Shown: positions 7,984-16,757 of the stretch, piece by piece
Layout of the letters: each line of letters begins with the position of its first letter
Numbering within the stretch: the first letter of the stretch is position 1
NCBI GenBank assembly: GCA_965262725.1
Contig: OZ253555.1
Coordinates: 448,001-512,000, forward strand
Direction: 5' to 3'
From: Dehalococcoidia bacterium
GTDB taxonomy: Bacteria; Chloroflexota; Dehalococcoidia; UBA2979
DNA: 64,000 nt
Made by a program: the position numbers and the translations under genes
The notes under the pieces: model-generated
What the model was told of the DNA's origin: nothing
Seen by the model: the letters and a program-made list of their open reading frames with translations, nothing else
Database searches by the model: none

Positions 7984-9823
7984 CGAACCGGCGCGTCTCG
8001 CACGGGCCCTGGAGTGGATCGCCCGGCTCCCGCTCTGCGGTGAGCCGGAGCTGGCCCGGCTGCTCGGCGTGGATGAGCACGACGCCCGCCGGCTCATCCA
8101 CCTGCTTTCCGCGCAGGGATGGGTCGAGACCGTCGCGGCAGCCTCGCCGGAGCTGGAACCGCGGCGACTCGCCGTCCTGCGGGACGAGGCGGTGCCGGCC
8201 CTGGCGACCGCGTGCGGACGGGATCTCGCCTCGCTCGCGGGCGCCGTCCCCCTCCGCCCGCGCGATCTCTCAAACCGGGTGGCCCGGCTTGAGATCACCG
8301 CCTGCGTGAATCGCTTCCTGGCCGACCTCGCCGACGATCTGGAGAGCTCCAGTATCGCCGAGCTCGCCGACGCGCGGTCGCTCCCGCTCGCCCTGCCCCC
8401 GGCCGGGCGCTGGTGGCTCCCGGACACGGAGGGCTACGGCTGCCTCCGCTCGGGTCCGATCCACGCGCCCTTCCTCGTGGCGTGGGACCGCGCGGCGGCG
8501 CCGGACGTCCATCGCCGCAGGCGGCTGGCCGGGTGGTTCGCGGCGAGCGCCCGTGTCGACAGGCGGTGGGGCACCGAAGGGCTCCCGCCCGTGCTCGTGA
8601 TCTGCCCCTCCGCCCGGGAGTGGCGGGTGTGGGAGGAAGCGCTGGCGAAGCGGGACGGCGTAGGGCCCGGGTCTCCGGACCTGCTCTTCACCACCCGCGA
8701 GGAGCTGCGCGCAGCCGGCTCGGGCGATGCGCGGTGGTGGCGGCCCGACCGCGCGCCGGCGCCGCTCGTCGAGCAGGTCGGATGGGGGGAGGCGCCGACC
8801 CTGGACGCGGTCCGGATCGAACGGCCGCTCGACGACTGCACGCCGCCGCCCCGCCGCGACGGAACATCGCTTGGCAGGCGTGCGTTCGATCAGGCGACGA
8901 GCGGGCAGGTGGGGCCGGACCGGCAACGTCTTGCCGGCCTCGCGCGCGCGACCAGCCCGGCTGAGAAGACCCTCATCGAGTGGGTGGCGCGGCATCCGCT
9001 CCTCACCGCCGCCGATCTCGCGGCGCTCACGAGCGAACCGGCGGGACTGATCAGGCGCCGACTGGAGCGGCTCACGAGCTGCGGCGCGATCGGTGCGGAC
9101 GCGGAATCCGTGGAGACGGGGAGGAACTCCCGTATGAACAGAGCCGACGACCTCGAGTCGCGGTACCTGCTGACCGAGCTGGGAATGCGTTGGCTCGCCG
9201 CTCGGGCCGGCGTGCCTCCGGCCATCTTCGCCAACCACGGGGGAGTCACGTTCGCCTCCGGGGAGCGGACATCCTCCCGGCGAGTGGTCCGGCACCGCGA
9301 GCACACGCTCGGCGTGAACCGCTTCGCCGCTCGCCTGGCCCTCGATGCCAGGGCCGCGGGCTGGCGCCTCGCGGAGTGGCGGAACGAGGCTGAGTCGACG
9401 CACCGCTTCGTGGCGGAGGACGGGCGGATCGCCTGGATCCGTCCAGACGCCTCCGGCCTGCTTGTGCGTGACGCGGAGGCGCGCCCGTTCCTTCTGGAGT
9501 ACGACCGCGGGACGCTCGACTCGGGCGACTACCGCGCGAAATTCGAGGGGTACCGGCGGTACTACGACGCCGCGGCGTGGCGGGGGGAGTTTCCCGGGAA
9601 GCCCGGGCTGGTGTTCGTTTGCACCGACCGCAGCGCAGAGGATCGCGTGGCGCGCCTGGCGAGGTCGGCCTCGCCGGACCTGGCGCTGGTAATGACATGT
9701 GAGTGGCGCGGCGAGCAGGATCCTGCTGGGTTGGCGGGGCCGATCTGGCGGAACCAGCGCGAAGACCGGCGTCGCCGCGCGCTCCCGCCATCGGACGAAG
9801 TCGCCGTGGCGGGCAACCGATGA
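7976..9823 (+). CDS. Replication-relaxation (Replic_Relax-like) protein with two tandem domains
   Basis: C-terminal domain: YLLTELG, HREHTLGVNRF, IRPDASG, FLLEYDRGT, KFEGY. The N-terminal copy parallels it (ITACVNRF, LPDTEGYG, FLVAWDRA). Confidence 0.8.
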   Translation: MRDEPARLARALEWIARLPLCGEPELARLLGVDEHDARRLIHLLSAQGWVETVAAASPELEPRRLAVLRDEAVPALATACGRDLASLAGAVPLRPRDLSNRVARLEITACVNRFLADLADDLESSSIAELADARSLPLALPPAGRWWLPDTEGYGCLRSGPIHAPFLVAWDRAAAPDVHRRRRLAGWFAASARVDRRWGTEGLPPVLVICPSAREWRVWEEALAKRDGVGPGSPDLLFTTREELRAAGSGDARWWRPDRAPAPLVEQVGWGEAPTLDAVRIERPLDDCTPPPRRDGTSLGRRAFDQATSGQVGPDRQRLAGLARATSPAEKTLIEWVARHPLLTAADLAALTSEPAGLIRRRLERLTSCGAIGADAESVETGRNSRMNRADDLESRYLLTELGMRWLAARAGVPPAIFANHGGVTFASGERTSSRRVVRHREHTLGVNRFAARLALDARAAGWRLAEWRNEAESTHRFVAEDGRIAWIRPDASGLLVRDAEARPFLLEYDRGTLDSGDYRAKFEGYRRYYDAAAWRGEFPGKPGLVFVCTDRSAEDRVARLARSASPDLALVMTCEWRGEQDPAGLAGPIWRNQREDRRRRALPPSDEVAVAGNR

Positions 9824-10956
9824 GCGGCAGGTTGGCCATTCCGCACCCGCCGGACGAGGCTCTGAGAGACGAGCGACTGTTCGCGTATCTCCAGGACGTC
9901 GCCGAGCATCCATTCTCGCTGGCGTTGGAACGCGATGAGCGCCTCGGCCTGAGCCGGTACAACGGCGTGCAGGTCCGCCGACGACTCATCGAACTGGGCT
10001 GCGTGCGTCCGCATCGCGTCTCGACGGGCCGTCGATCGGGGCAGGCCGTGCTGCTCGAACTCACGCCCGTCGGCCGAGAGCACCTGGAGGCAGCTGGCGT
10101 CCGCATAGACCAGCCTGAGGGCCCTCTTGCCTACCGAAGGCGCTACTACGCGAACAGGCTCGCCGGGTACGCGCGCCGCATGTGGCCTGACGCGGCGGTT
10201 GAGATTGGCCGCGGGCTCGACTCGCCCGACCACTCACCGGATGTCGCGGTCATGGTCCCGGGCGGCGGCGACGTGAAGGGAGCCCGGTCCGTCGCCTTCG
10301 AGGTCATCGAGACCGGCGACGCTGGCGGGCTGAACTCGCACCTGCAGGACATTGGTGCTTTCGACGAAGTGTTCCTCTGCGCGGACACGGCGGAAGCCGC
10401 CGCCGACCTGAAGGAGGAGGCGCAGCGCCTCGTGCGGTCGGAGTTCATTCAACGAATCACGTGTACTCCCGTCAGCTCCCTTCTCTCGGCACCAGCCGAG
10501 TCTGGCGTGCAGATGATCGGCACGAGCACTGCCAGGGCGATTCGTGCCATGTCCCGCCGCTCTCGGCCCGATGCTGCTCTCCTGCAACACGTCGTGGAGG
10601 CGTACGGGCATCTTCACGATCTCGATTGGCTGCAGGACTCACCGCTCACCGGGCTCGAGGCTGTTCGAGAGCGGACAAACCCGCTGGCGCCGATGCCGGA
10701 GGCACAGGCGCTGCGCGGGCTGCTCGTGGATGCGGCGCAGCGCGCTGCCGCCCATGCCCGCGAGGTACCGCTTCAGGCGCCGTTGCACCTGTTCCTCACG
10801 CGCTACGTCGAGGGGAAGCGGGTAACCGAGATCGCCGGCGAGCTGGGCGTCAGCCGCGAGTGGTGCTCACGGGCGTACCGCAAGCAGGCGCTGAAGCTCA
10901 CCGGGATGCAGTTCTTGCGGCTGGCGGCCTCCGGGTCGAGGAATGGCAGCCGCTGA
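9820..10956 (+). CDS. Hypothetical protein: winged-HTH + PD-(D/E)xK-like + C-terminal HTH
   Basis: ERLGLSRYNG..RRRLIELGCV..LLELT (wHTH-like), SPDVAV...VAFEVIETG (nuclease-like), RVTEIAGELGVSREWCSR (HTH); ATGA overlap with the upstream gene. Confidence 0.6.
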   Translation: MSGRLAIPHPPDEALRDERLFAYLQDVAEHPFSLALERDERLGLSRYNGVQVRRRLIELGCVRPHRVSTGRRSGQAVLLELTPVGREHLEAAGVRIDQPEGPLAYRRRYYANRLAGYARRMWPDAAVEIGRGLDSPDHSPDVAVMVPGGGDVKGARSVAFEVIETGDAGGLNSHLQDIGAFDEVFLCADTAEAAADLKEEAQRLVRSEFIQRITCTPVSSLLSAPAESGVQMIGTSTARAIRAMSRRSRPDAALLQHVVEAYGHLHDLDWLQDSPLTGLEAVRERTNPLAPMPEAQALRGLLVDAAQRAAAHAREVPLQAPLHLFLTRYVEGKRVTEIAGELGVSREWCSRAYRKQALKLTGMQFLRLAASGSRNGSR

Positions 10957-11020
10957 TGCCCTCTCGTCCGCGCGCGACGCTGTTTCGCAATCTCCCGGCG
11001 AGGCGACCCTGTTGAGCTCT

Positions 11021-11410
11021 CCCTGCCGCGAGATGGATGTCCGCTTCTCGGTCACGGTGCGCCAGCATCCGAAGCTGCGGAGACTCATCGAGGCGATTCC
11101 CGAACAGGAGTGGACGCCGATCCCGTACTGGCTGGAGGGCGGCGCCGATGTCTCAGAGACGACCTACACGCCGTTCGCACACGCGCCGGACGCCGTCCCG
11201 GTGCGGCTCATCGTCCGGCGCGTGCGGCCGACGCCCGGTTCGCAGCTCGCTCTCTTCGCGACGTACAGCTAATGGGAGCCGAACCAGAGGACCAGAGCGA
11301 TCCGGGAGACGCTCGAGCTGGAGGCCGACCATCGCCGCCACGCCGAGGTCGAGAACGCGATCCGCGACCTGAAGTACGGCGTGGGGCTCAATCACCTGCC
11401 GTCCGGCCGC
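11021..11410 (+). pseudogene. IS1380-family transposase internal remnant
   Basis: DVRFSVTVRQ..IEAIPEQEWTPI..PVRLIVRRVRPTPGSQLALF, in-frame TAA at 11270-11272, then LEADHRRHAEVENAIRDLKYGVGLNHLPSGR in the same frame; both ends missing. Confidence 0.85.
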
Positions 11411-11703
11411 TTAGCGGGAGCCGATCGCCCGCAGCGGCGGGCGATTGGCGTCGATGGCGTGGATGAGACAGGCCCGGAAGCCCTGGATCGGGCACTCGGG
11501 CAGCATCGGTCTCCCCCGCCCACTTGGGCCTCATCGTCCATGACTCCCACCACATTGGCATCAGCATCCAAACCAGATACCCTGCGTCCAAACTGGAAGG
11601 ACGTGCCTGAGCCGACCCACTGCCTCGACCGTGCAGAGGGTGCGAAATCGGGCGATTTTGAACCTGAACGGAGCGGTTTGGGGAGCACGAGGAACCGCGC
11701 GAC

Positions 11704-11746
11704 TCCCAAGCAGAGGGTCGCGGGTTCGAATCCCGTCTCTCGCTCC
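11704..11746 (+). other. att site: 3' half of tRNA-Gly(CCC)
   Basis: TCCCAA-GCAGA-GGGTC-GCGGG TTCGAAT CCCGT-CTCTCGC-TCC = anticodon loop, 3' anticodon stem, T-arm and acceptor 3' strand. The complementary 5' half (GCGAGAG.., D-arm) is absent upstream. Confidence 0.88.
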
Positions 11747-12517
11747 TCAAGGAGCGGCAACCCCCCGCTCCCGGGCGACGCGCACGGCGACCTGGTGCGC
11801 CGCGCGCGCGTAGGGGTCGGCGAGCGGCTCGAGCGACGTGGCGCCCGCGCCGTAGCGGTGACGCATCGCTGCGGCGAGGAGGCGATCGGCGAGCGCAGGG
11901 TGCCGCGGCAGGAGCGGGCCGTGGAGGTAGGTGCCCACCGCCTCGGCGCAAAGCGCCCCCTCTGTGCCGTCGACGCCGTTGTTGCCGCGGCCGCGCTCCA
12001 CGCGCGCGAAGGGCCGCGCGTCGGGGCCGAGGTAGGTGTGGCCGGCGTGGTTCTCGAATCCGGCGAGCGGGCCCACGTCCGGCAGCTCGCTGTGCACCAG
12101 CACGTCCCCCACGTGCCGCGGGGCTCCGGGCGCCGGCGCCACCGTCGTGATGTCGAAGACGCCGGCGCCGGGGAGTTCGGCGCCGGCCGACGTCCGGTAG
12201 CCGCGCCCGAAGAGCTGGTAGCCGCCGCAGACGGCGAGCATCGCGACCCCCTCGTCGCGCCAGGCGCGGATCCGCTCGCCGGCGGCGGCGAGCTCGGGCG
12301 CGACGCGCTCCTGCTCGCGGTCCTGCCCGCCGCCTATCAGCAGCAGGTCGGCCTCCTCGGGCAGCGTGTCCCCGAGGCCCACGTCGACGCGCTCAAGAGC
12401 GATCCCCCGGCGGGCGCACCGATCCGCGATCGCGATCACGTTGCCGCGATCGGCGTAGACATCCATCAGGTCGGGGTAGAGGACGATAACGCGGAGGGCC
12501 GGGGATCCGGAGCTCAC
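11747..12517 (-). CDS. gatD: GatD/CobQ-like glutamine amidotransferase (lipid II isoglutaminyl synthase subunit)
   Basis: LYPDLMDVYADRGN, GGGQDREQ, VCGGYQL, GFENHAG, GTYLHGPLLP; coupled to murT. Confidence 0.9.
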   Translation of the reverse strand: MSSGSPALRVIVLYPDLMDVYADRGNVIAIADRCARRGIALERVDVGLGDTLPEEADLLLIGGGQDREQERVAPELAAAGERIRAWRDEGVAMLAVCGGYQLFGRGYRTSAGAELPGAGVFDITTVAPAPGAPRHVGDVLVHSELPDVGPLAGFENHAGHTYLGPDARPFARVERGRGNNGVDGTEGALCAEAVGTYLHGPLLPRHPALADRLLAAAMRHRYGAGATSLEPLADPYARAAHQVAVRVARERGVAAP

Positions 12518-14016
12518 GGGCGCACCCCGCCCGGGGGCGCGGGCGACGGCGAGATCGCGGAGAGTGGGGAGCGCTCCCAATAGTGCTCGCGCCCCGCGCG
12601 GCGTGCGAGTTCCTCGCGCAGCTCGAGCATCGCCGTGTAGGTCGCGATGACGGTGAGCGGGGAGCCCGGGGGCGTCGCGGCGAGCGCCGCGTCGAGCGCG
12701 GCCGCGAGGTCGCTCTCCACGCGCTCGGGGGGCACGCCCGCCAGCATCAGGCGCAGGGCCATGTCCTCCGCGCGCAGCCCGGAGGCGACAACGCGGACCC
12801 CCCCGCCTGAGGCCTCCCGCGCCAGCGCCTCCACGTCGGCGTCATATATCCAGGAGGTGTCCCGCCCGTCCTGCACGCCGTCGTTGAGCGCGATCAGCAG
12901 GTGCACCGCCGCCTCCGGGGCCGCGCGCGCGGTCACGGTGCGGATCACCTCGGAGAATCCCGTCGGGTTCTTCGCCAGCAGCACGCGCACGTCGCGCCCG
13001 TCGACGTGGAACACCTCCTGCCGGCCGAAGGCGGGCGAGGCTAAGGCGAGGCTCTGCGCGGCGGCGAGGGGGGAGATGCCCAGGGCGGCCGCGGCGGCCG
13101 CCGCCGCCACCGCGTTGTAGACCGAGTGCATCCCCTCGAGGGGGAGCGTGACGCGGGCGCGCTCCCGCGGGCGGCCGGGCAGTCGCGTGCGGAGCTCGAA
13201 GCGGGCACCGTCGGGACCGAGCGCGACGCTCACCGCCTCCACGTCGGGCTCTGAGCGCTGGCGCCCGCAGGCATCGCAGCACCAGGAGCCGAGATGGCCG
13301 AGCAGGAGCGTCCGGTGCCGGATGGCCCCGCCACAGAGACAGAAGCGTGCGTCGACCGCGACGGGAGAGGAGGTGCCGACCCCGTCCCCGGGCGTCGACT
13401 CGACGCCGAAGCGGATGACGCGGCCTCCGCCGCGCGCCTCGAGCTCCTCGGCGAGCATCGCCACGGAAGGGTCGTCGGCGTTGAGCACGAGCGTGGCCGG
13501 GCGCCCCGGGCCGGCGAGCATTCGCCGCCACCCCTCGGCGACGGAGTCGACCTCGCCGTAGCGGTCGAGCTGGTCCCGGAAGAGGTTGAGGAGCACGACC
13601 ACGCGGGGGGAGAGGCGCGGCGCGAGCAGGGGGAGCACGGCCTCGTCGACCTCGAAGACGCCGACGCGGGAGGAGCCGTCGATCCCGCCGGCCCGGCCTC
13701 CCTCCGCGACCAGCGCGGAGACGAGCCCCCGCTCGAGGTTCGATCCCGAGCCGTTGGTGACGGTGGCGAGGCCCGAGCCCCGCGTGATCGCCGCAAGCAG
13801 GTGCGTCGTCGTCGTCTTCCCGTTGGTGCCGGAGACGCAGATCACGCCGTGCTGAAACGACGACGCCGCGTGGTCGAGGAGTCGCGGCGCCAGCAGCCCG
13901 GTCACGAGCCCGGGCAGCGCGGTCCCCCCGCCGCGGCCCGCGCGGCGGGCGAGGGCGCCGGCGGCACGGCCGGCGAGAACGGCGGCGCGCTCGCGGGGTG
14001 AGGTGGTGTTGCGCAC
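12514..14016 (-). CDS. murT: MurT ligase (Mur ligase + DUF1727)
   Basis: GGGTALPG, SGTNGKTTT, LNLFRDQLDRYGE, CxC..CxxC zinc site, LAKNPTGF, DGRDTSWIYD, TYTAML. Confidence 0.92.
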   Translation of the reverse strand: MRNTTSPRERAAVLAGRAAGALARRAGRGGGTALPGLVTGLLAPRLLDHAASSFQHGVICVSGTNGKTTTTHLLAAITRGSGLATVTNGSGSNLERGLVSALVAEGGRAGGIDGSSRVGVFEVDEAVLPLLAPRLSPRVVVLLNLFRDQLDRYGEVDSVAEGWRRMLAGPGRPATLVLNADDPSVAMLAEELEARGGGRVIRFGVESTPGDGVGTSSPVAVDARFCLCGGAIRHRTLLLGHLGSWCCDACGRQRSEPDVEAVSVALGPDGARFELRTRLPGRPRERARVTLPLEGMHSVYNAVAAAAAAAALGISPLAAAQSLALASPAFGRQEVFHVDGRDVRVLLAKNPTGFSEVIRTVTARAAPEAAVHLLIALNDGVQDGRDTSWIYDADVEALAREASGGGVRVVASGLRAEDMALRLMLAGVPPERVESDLAAALDAALAATPPGSPLTVIATYTAMLELREELARRAGREHYWERSPLSAISPSPAPPGGVRP

Positions 14017-14055
14017 GTCCCGATTCTCACACGCGGGCGCGCCGGGCCCGCGGCA

Positions 14056-15087
14056 TCACCGCCTGAGGCGCGGCTCCGACCAGCGGACGAGCGCTCCGGA
14101 TTCGCCCTCGTCCTCGACGCGGACGAGGCGCTCGTCGTCGGCGAGCAGCTGCAGGTGCGAGAGCGTCTCGCCGATGGCCGAGCGCTGCATCATCAGCGGG
14201 AAATCGGCGAAGCGCCCGGTGTTCCACTGCACGCGCGCGGCCACGTCGCGCGCGGTGGCGCCGGGCGCGGGCTGCTCCAGGGCGGCCCGGGCGACCTCGC
14301 CCAGGCGGTCGTCGTGGTGGTGGAGGAGCGCGCGGCAGCGCCTCGGGAGGTCGGCGATCGTGAACTCGTGCGCCGGCAGCCCGAGCGCGCTGTCGTAGCT
14401 CGCGACGCGCTCGAGCGAGCGACGGAAGTCGGCGAGCGGGCTCGTCCCCTCCTGGTCGGAGTGCAGCGAGACGTTGGGCGAGATGTGCGGCAGCACGTGA
14501 TCGCCGGTGAGCATCAGCCGGCGGCGGCGCTCGAACATGCAGAGGTGGCCGGGCGTGTGCCCGGGCGTCCAGACCGCCTCGAGCTCCCAGCCGTCGAAGC
14601 TGAGCACGTCGCCGTCTGCGAGCAGCGTGTCGGGCTTCACGCTGGGGGACGGCGCCATCCCGCCCGAGCGGCGTGCCTCCTCCGCGCGGTGGCCCTCGTC
14701 GATCTCGGAGCGGCTCATCCCGTGCCGCATCAGCCAGCCGTCGGAGCGCGCCATCCACCCCTCGCCGCTCGCCTCGCGCGCCTCAATCCAGTCCCATTCG
14801 CGGTCGAGCATCACGAGCTCGCAGCCCGGCGACTGCTCCTTCACCCACGCCGCCATCCCGTAGTGATCGGGGTGGGAGTGGGAGATGATCAGCCGCTGGA
14901 TGTCGGAGGGGCGGTGCCCGCGCGCCGCCAGGCCCTCGGTCAGCGCCGCCGTCGCCTCGGGCGTCCCGAATCCGGAATCGAAGAGAGTGACGCCGTCCTC
15001 ACCCTCGAAGAGGTAGGCGAAGACATAGGGAAGCTCGGGCCGCGGCATCGGCGTCTTGACCTGGTGCAGGCCGGGAACGATCTCCAC
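14056..15087 (-). CDS. MBL-fold metallo-hydrolase with C-terminal winged helix
   Basis: SHSHPDHYG, TPGHTPGH, GDHVLPHISPN, PAH. Confidence 0.9.
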   Translation of the reverse strand: MEIVPGLHQVKTPMPRPELPYVFAYLFEGEDGVTLFDSGFGTPEATAALTEGLAARGHRPSDIQRLIISHSHPDHYGMAAWVKEQSPGCELVMLDREWDWIEAREASGEGWMARSDGWLMRHGMSRSEIDEGHRAEEARRSGGMAPSPSVKPDTLLADGDVLSFDGWELEAVWTPGHTPGHLCMFERRRRLMLTGDHVLPHISPNVSLHSDQEGTSPLADFRRSLERVASYDSALGLPAHEFTIADLPRRCRALLHHHDDRLGEVARAALEQPAPGATARDVAARVQWNTGRFADFPLMMQRSAIGETLSHLQLLADDERLVRVEDEGESGALVRWSEPRLRR

Positions 15088-15105
15088 GGGGAGCGCCGGC
15101 CCCCG

Positions 15106-15342
15106 CTAGCCGGCGGAGCTGTCGCCGGAGGAGGAGCCGCCCGTGCCCGTCGAGGCTCCGCCACCACCCGCGGGGGCGTCGTCGTCCGAGGACTCCTCGT
15201 CCTCGGAGCGCGCCTCCCGTCGGAACTCGCGAATGCCCTTCCCCAGCGCACCGCCGAGGCCCGCGACCCGCGAGGCGCCGAACAGCAGCGCTAGGATCAC
15301 GAGGATGATGAGCAGTTCCTGCCAGCCGAGACTTCCGATCAT
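15106..15342 (-). CDS. tatA: Twin-arginine translocase TatA/TatE subunit
   Basis: [34 protein letters not shown]. Confidence 0.93.
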   Translation of the reverse strand: MIGSLGWQELLIILVILALLFGASRVAGLGGALGKGIREFRREARSEDEESSDDDAPAGGGGASTGTGGSSSGDSSAG

Positions 15343-15433
15343 TCGCCCGTCCTACTCCTGCATCCGCTGCGCTCCCGCGCGTCGCGCCCCGCGAGGGGCC
15401 CGCGCGCCGGGGCGCGCGTCGGCGCCCATCCTA

Positions 15434-16735
15434 TCACCGCCCGGCGCCGAGACGCCGCTCCGCGCGGCCGACGCGCTCCTCGAGCGCGAGCAGACGCCGG
15501 CCCAGCGCCGTCAGCGACTCGACGCTGTGCGCGGGGAGGAAATCGTCGCAGTGCGGCAGAGCCGCGGCCATCCCGCCGGCGAGCGGCTGGTAGCCGGGCG
15601 CGCCGAGCAGCGGGTTGAGCCAGATCAGGCGTCGTGCGCGCCGGTGGAGGAGCGCCATCTCCCGTCCCACGGCCGCGGAATCGCCGCGGTCCCAGCCGTC
15701 CGAGAGCACGATCACGACCGTGTCGCGGCCGACGCGCTCGCGGGCGTAGCGGCGGTTGAAGTCGGCGAGCACCGCTCCTATCTGGGTGCCACCGCTCCAG
15801 GCGTCGACCGAGGAGGAGACGAGCCGGAGCGCCGCGTCGAAGGATCGCGCCCGCAGCATCGGCGTGACCTCGAAGAGGCGCGTCGAGAAGACGAAGGTCG
15901 AGACGCCCCGCAGCTCCTGCTGGAGCCCATAGAGGAACTGCACCAGGAAGCGCGAGTAGAGGTCCATCGACCCGGAGACGTCGGCGAGCACGACAAGCCG
16001 CGTGCGGCGGCGACGGCGGCGGCGGTGCGCGAGTTCGCGGAGCTCGCCGTCACCGCGCGCCGCGCGCCGCATCGAGCGCCTCAGGTCGATGTCGTGCCCG
16101 AGCCGCGCGGCGCGACGGCGGCGGGCGAGCGCGCTCGCGAGGCGGGGAGCGAGGGCGCGGATCAGCCGCCGCACCGCGTCCAGCTCCTCCGGCCGGAGCG
16201 AGGAGAAGTCGCGCCGCGTGAGGAGATCCTGCCCGCTGTAGGCGCCCGCCGTGGCCTGAGGCGGAGGGGCGGCCTCGCCGCCTGAGGCGAGCGCCTCCGG
16301 GACCGCGGAGCGGGCGAGGCGGCCGGGCGGCTCCGCGCTCCGGCCCGGGGCGGCGACCTCGCGCGGGGGCCGGGGAGGCGCGGCCCGCGGGGCGCGTCCC
16401 GACCAGAACTGCTCGAACAGCGCCTCGAAGAGAGCCCTCTCCGCCGGCCGGCGCAGCAGCGTCGCGGCGAGTGCGGCGCGGGCTCCCTCGCGCGTCTCGA
16501 CGCCGACGGCGAGGAGCGCGCGGGCGGCCTCGATAGCGTCGCCGGTGGTGACCGGGAGCCCGGCCTCGCGCAGGAGCCGGACGAAGGCGACGACGTTGCC
16601 CTCGAGCGTCCCCTGCCTGAGCGCCTCGGCGCGCTCGGCGAAGGCGGCGAACTCCCAGGCCTCCGGGGTGGGGCCCCCGGAGCCCGCTCCGGGGCCGGCT
16701 CCGGGGCCGGCTCCGGGTCCAGCTGGATCCCTCAC
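15434..16735 (-). CDS. CoxE-like VWA domain protein
   Basis: DVSGSM MIDAS motif, FVFSTRL, WSGGTQIG, SDGWDRG, WLNPL. Confidence 0.9.
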   Translation of the reverse strand: MRDPAGPGAGPGAGPGAGSGGPTPEAWEFAAFAERAEALRQGTLEGNVVAFVRLLREAGLPVTTGDAIEAARALLAVGVETREGARAALAATLLRRPAERALFEALFEQFWSGRAPRAAPPRPPREVAAPGRSAEPPGRLARSAVPEALASGGEAAPPPQATAGAYSGQDLLTRRDFSSLRPEELDAVRRLIRALAPRLASALARRRRAARLGHDIDLRRSMRRAARGDGELRELAHRRRRRRRTRLVVLADVSGSMDLYSRFLVQFLYGLQQELRGVSTFVFSTRLFEVTPMLRARSFDAALRLVSSSVDAWSGGTQIGAVLADFNRRYARERVGRDTVVIVLSDGWDRGDSAAVGREMALLHRRARRLIWLNPLLGAPGYQPLAGGMAAALPHCDDFLPAHSVESLTALGRRLLALEERVGRAERRLGAGR

Positions 16736-16757
16736 GTCGCCTCCGCCGCCCGGATCG

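Larger units (their letters stand above)
1..11746 (+). mobile_element. Integrative conjugative-type element (ICE), right-hand part; left end lies outside the window
   Basis: Co-directional, mostly overlapping run of pilin, PrgI, VirB4, primase, VirD4 and Replic_Relax-like genes, ending at a 3'-half tRNA fragment. Core genes (gatD) begin immediately after. Confidence 0.85.

Noticed and set aside
11660-11750. Complete tRNA gene
   Set aside because: Only the anticodon loop to acceptor 3' strand is present; no 5' acceptor strand or D-arm. Reported as an att fragment.
11381-12583. 400-aa plus-strand ORF
   Set aside because: Composite of the IS1380 remnant tail, att DNA and the antisense of gatD.
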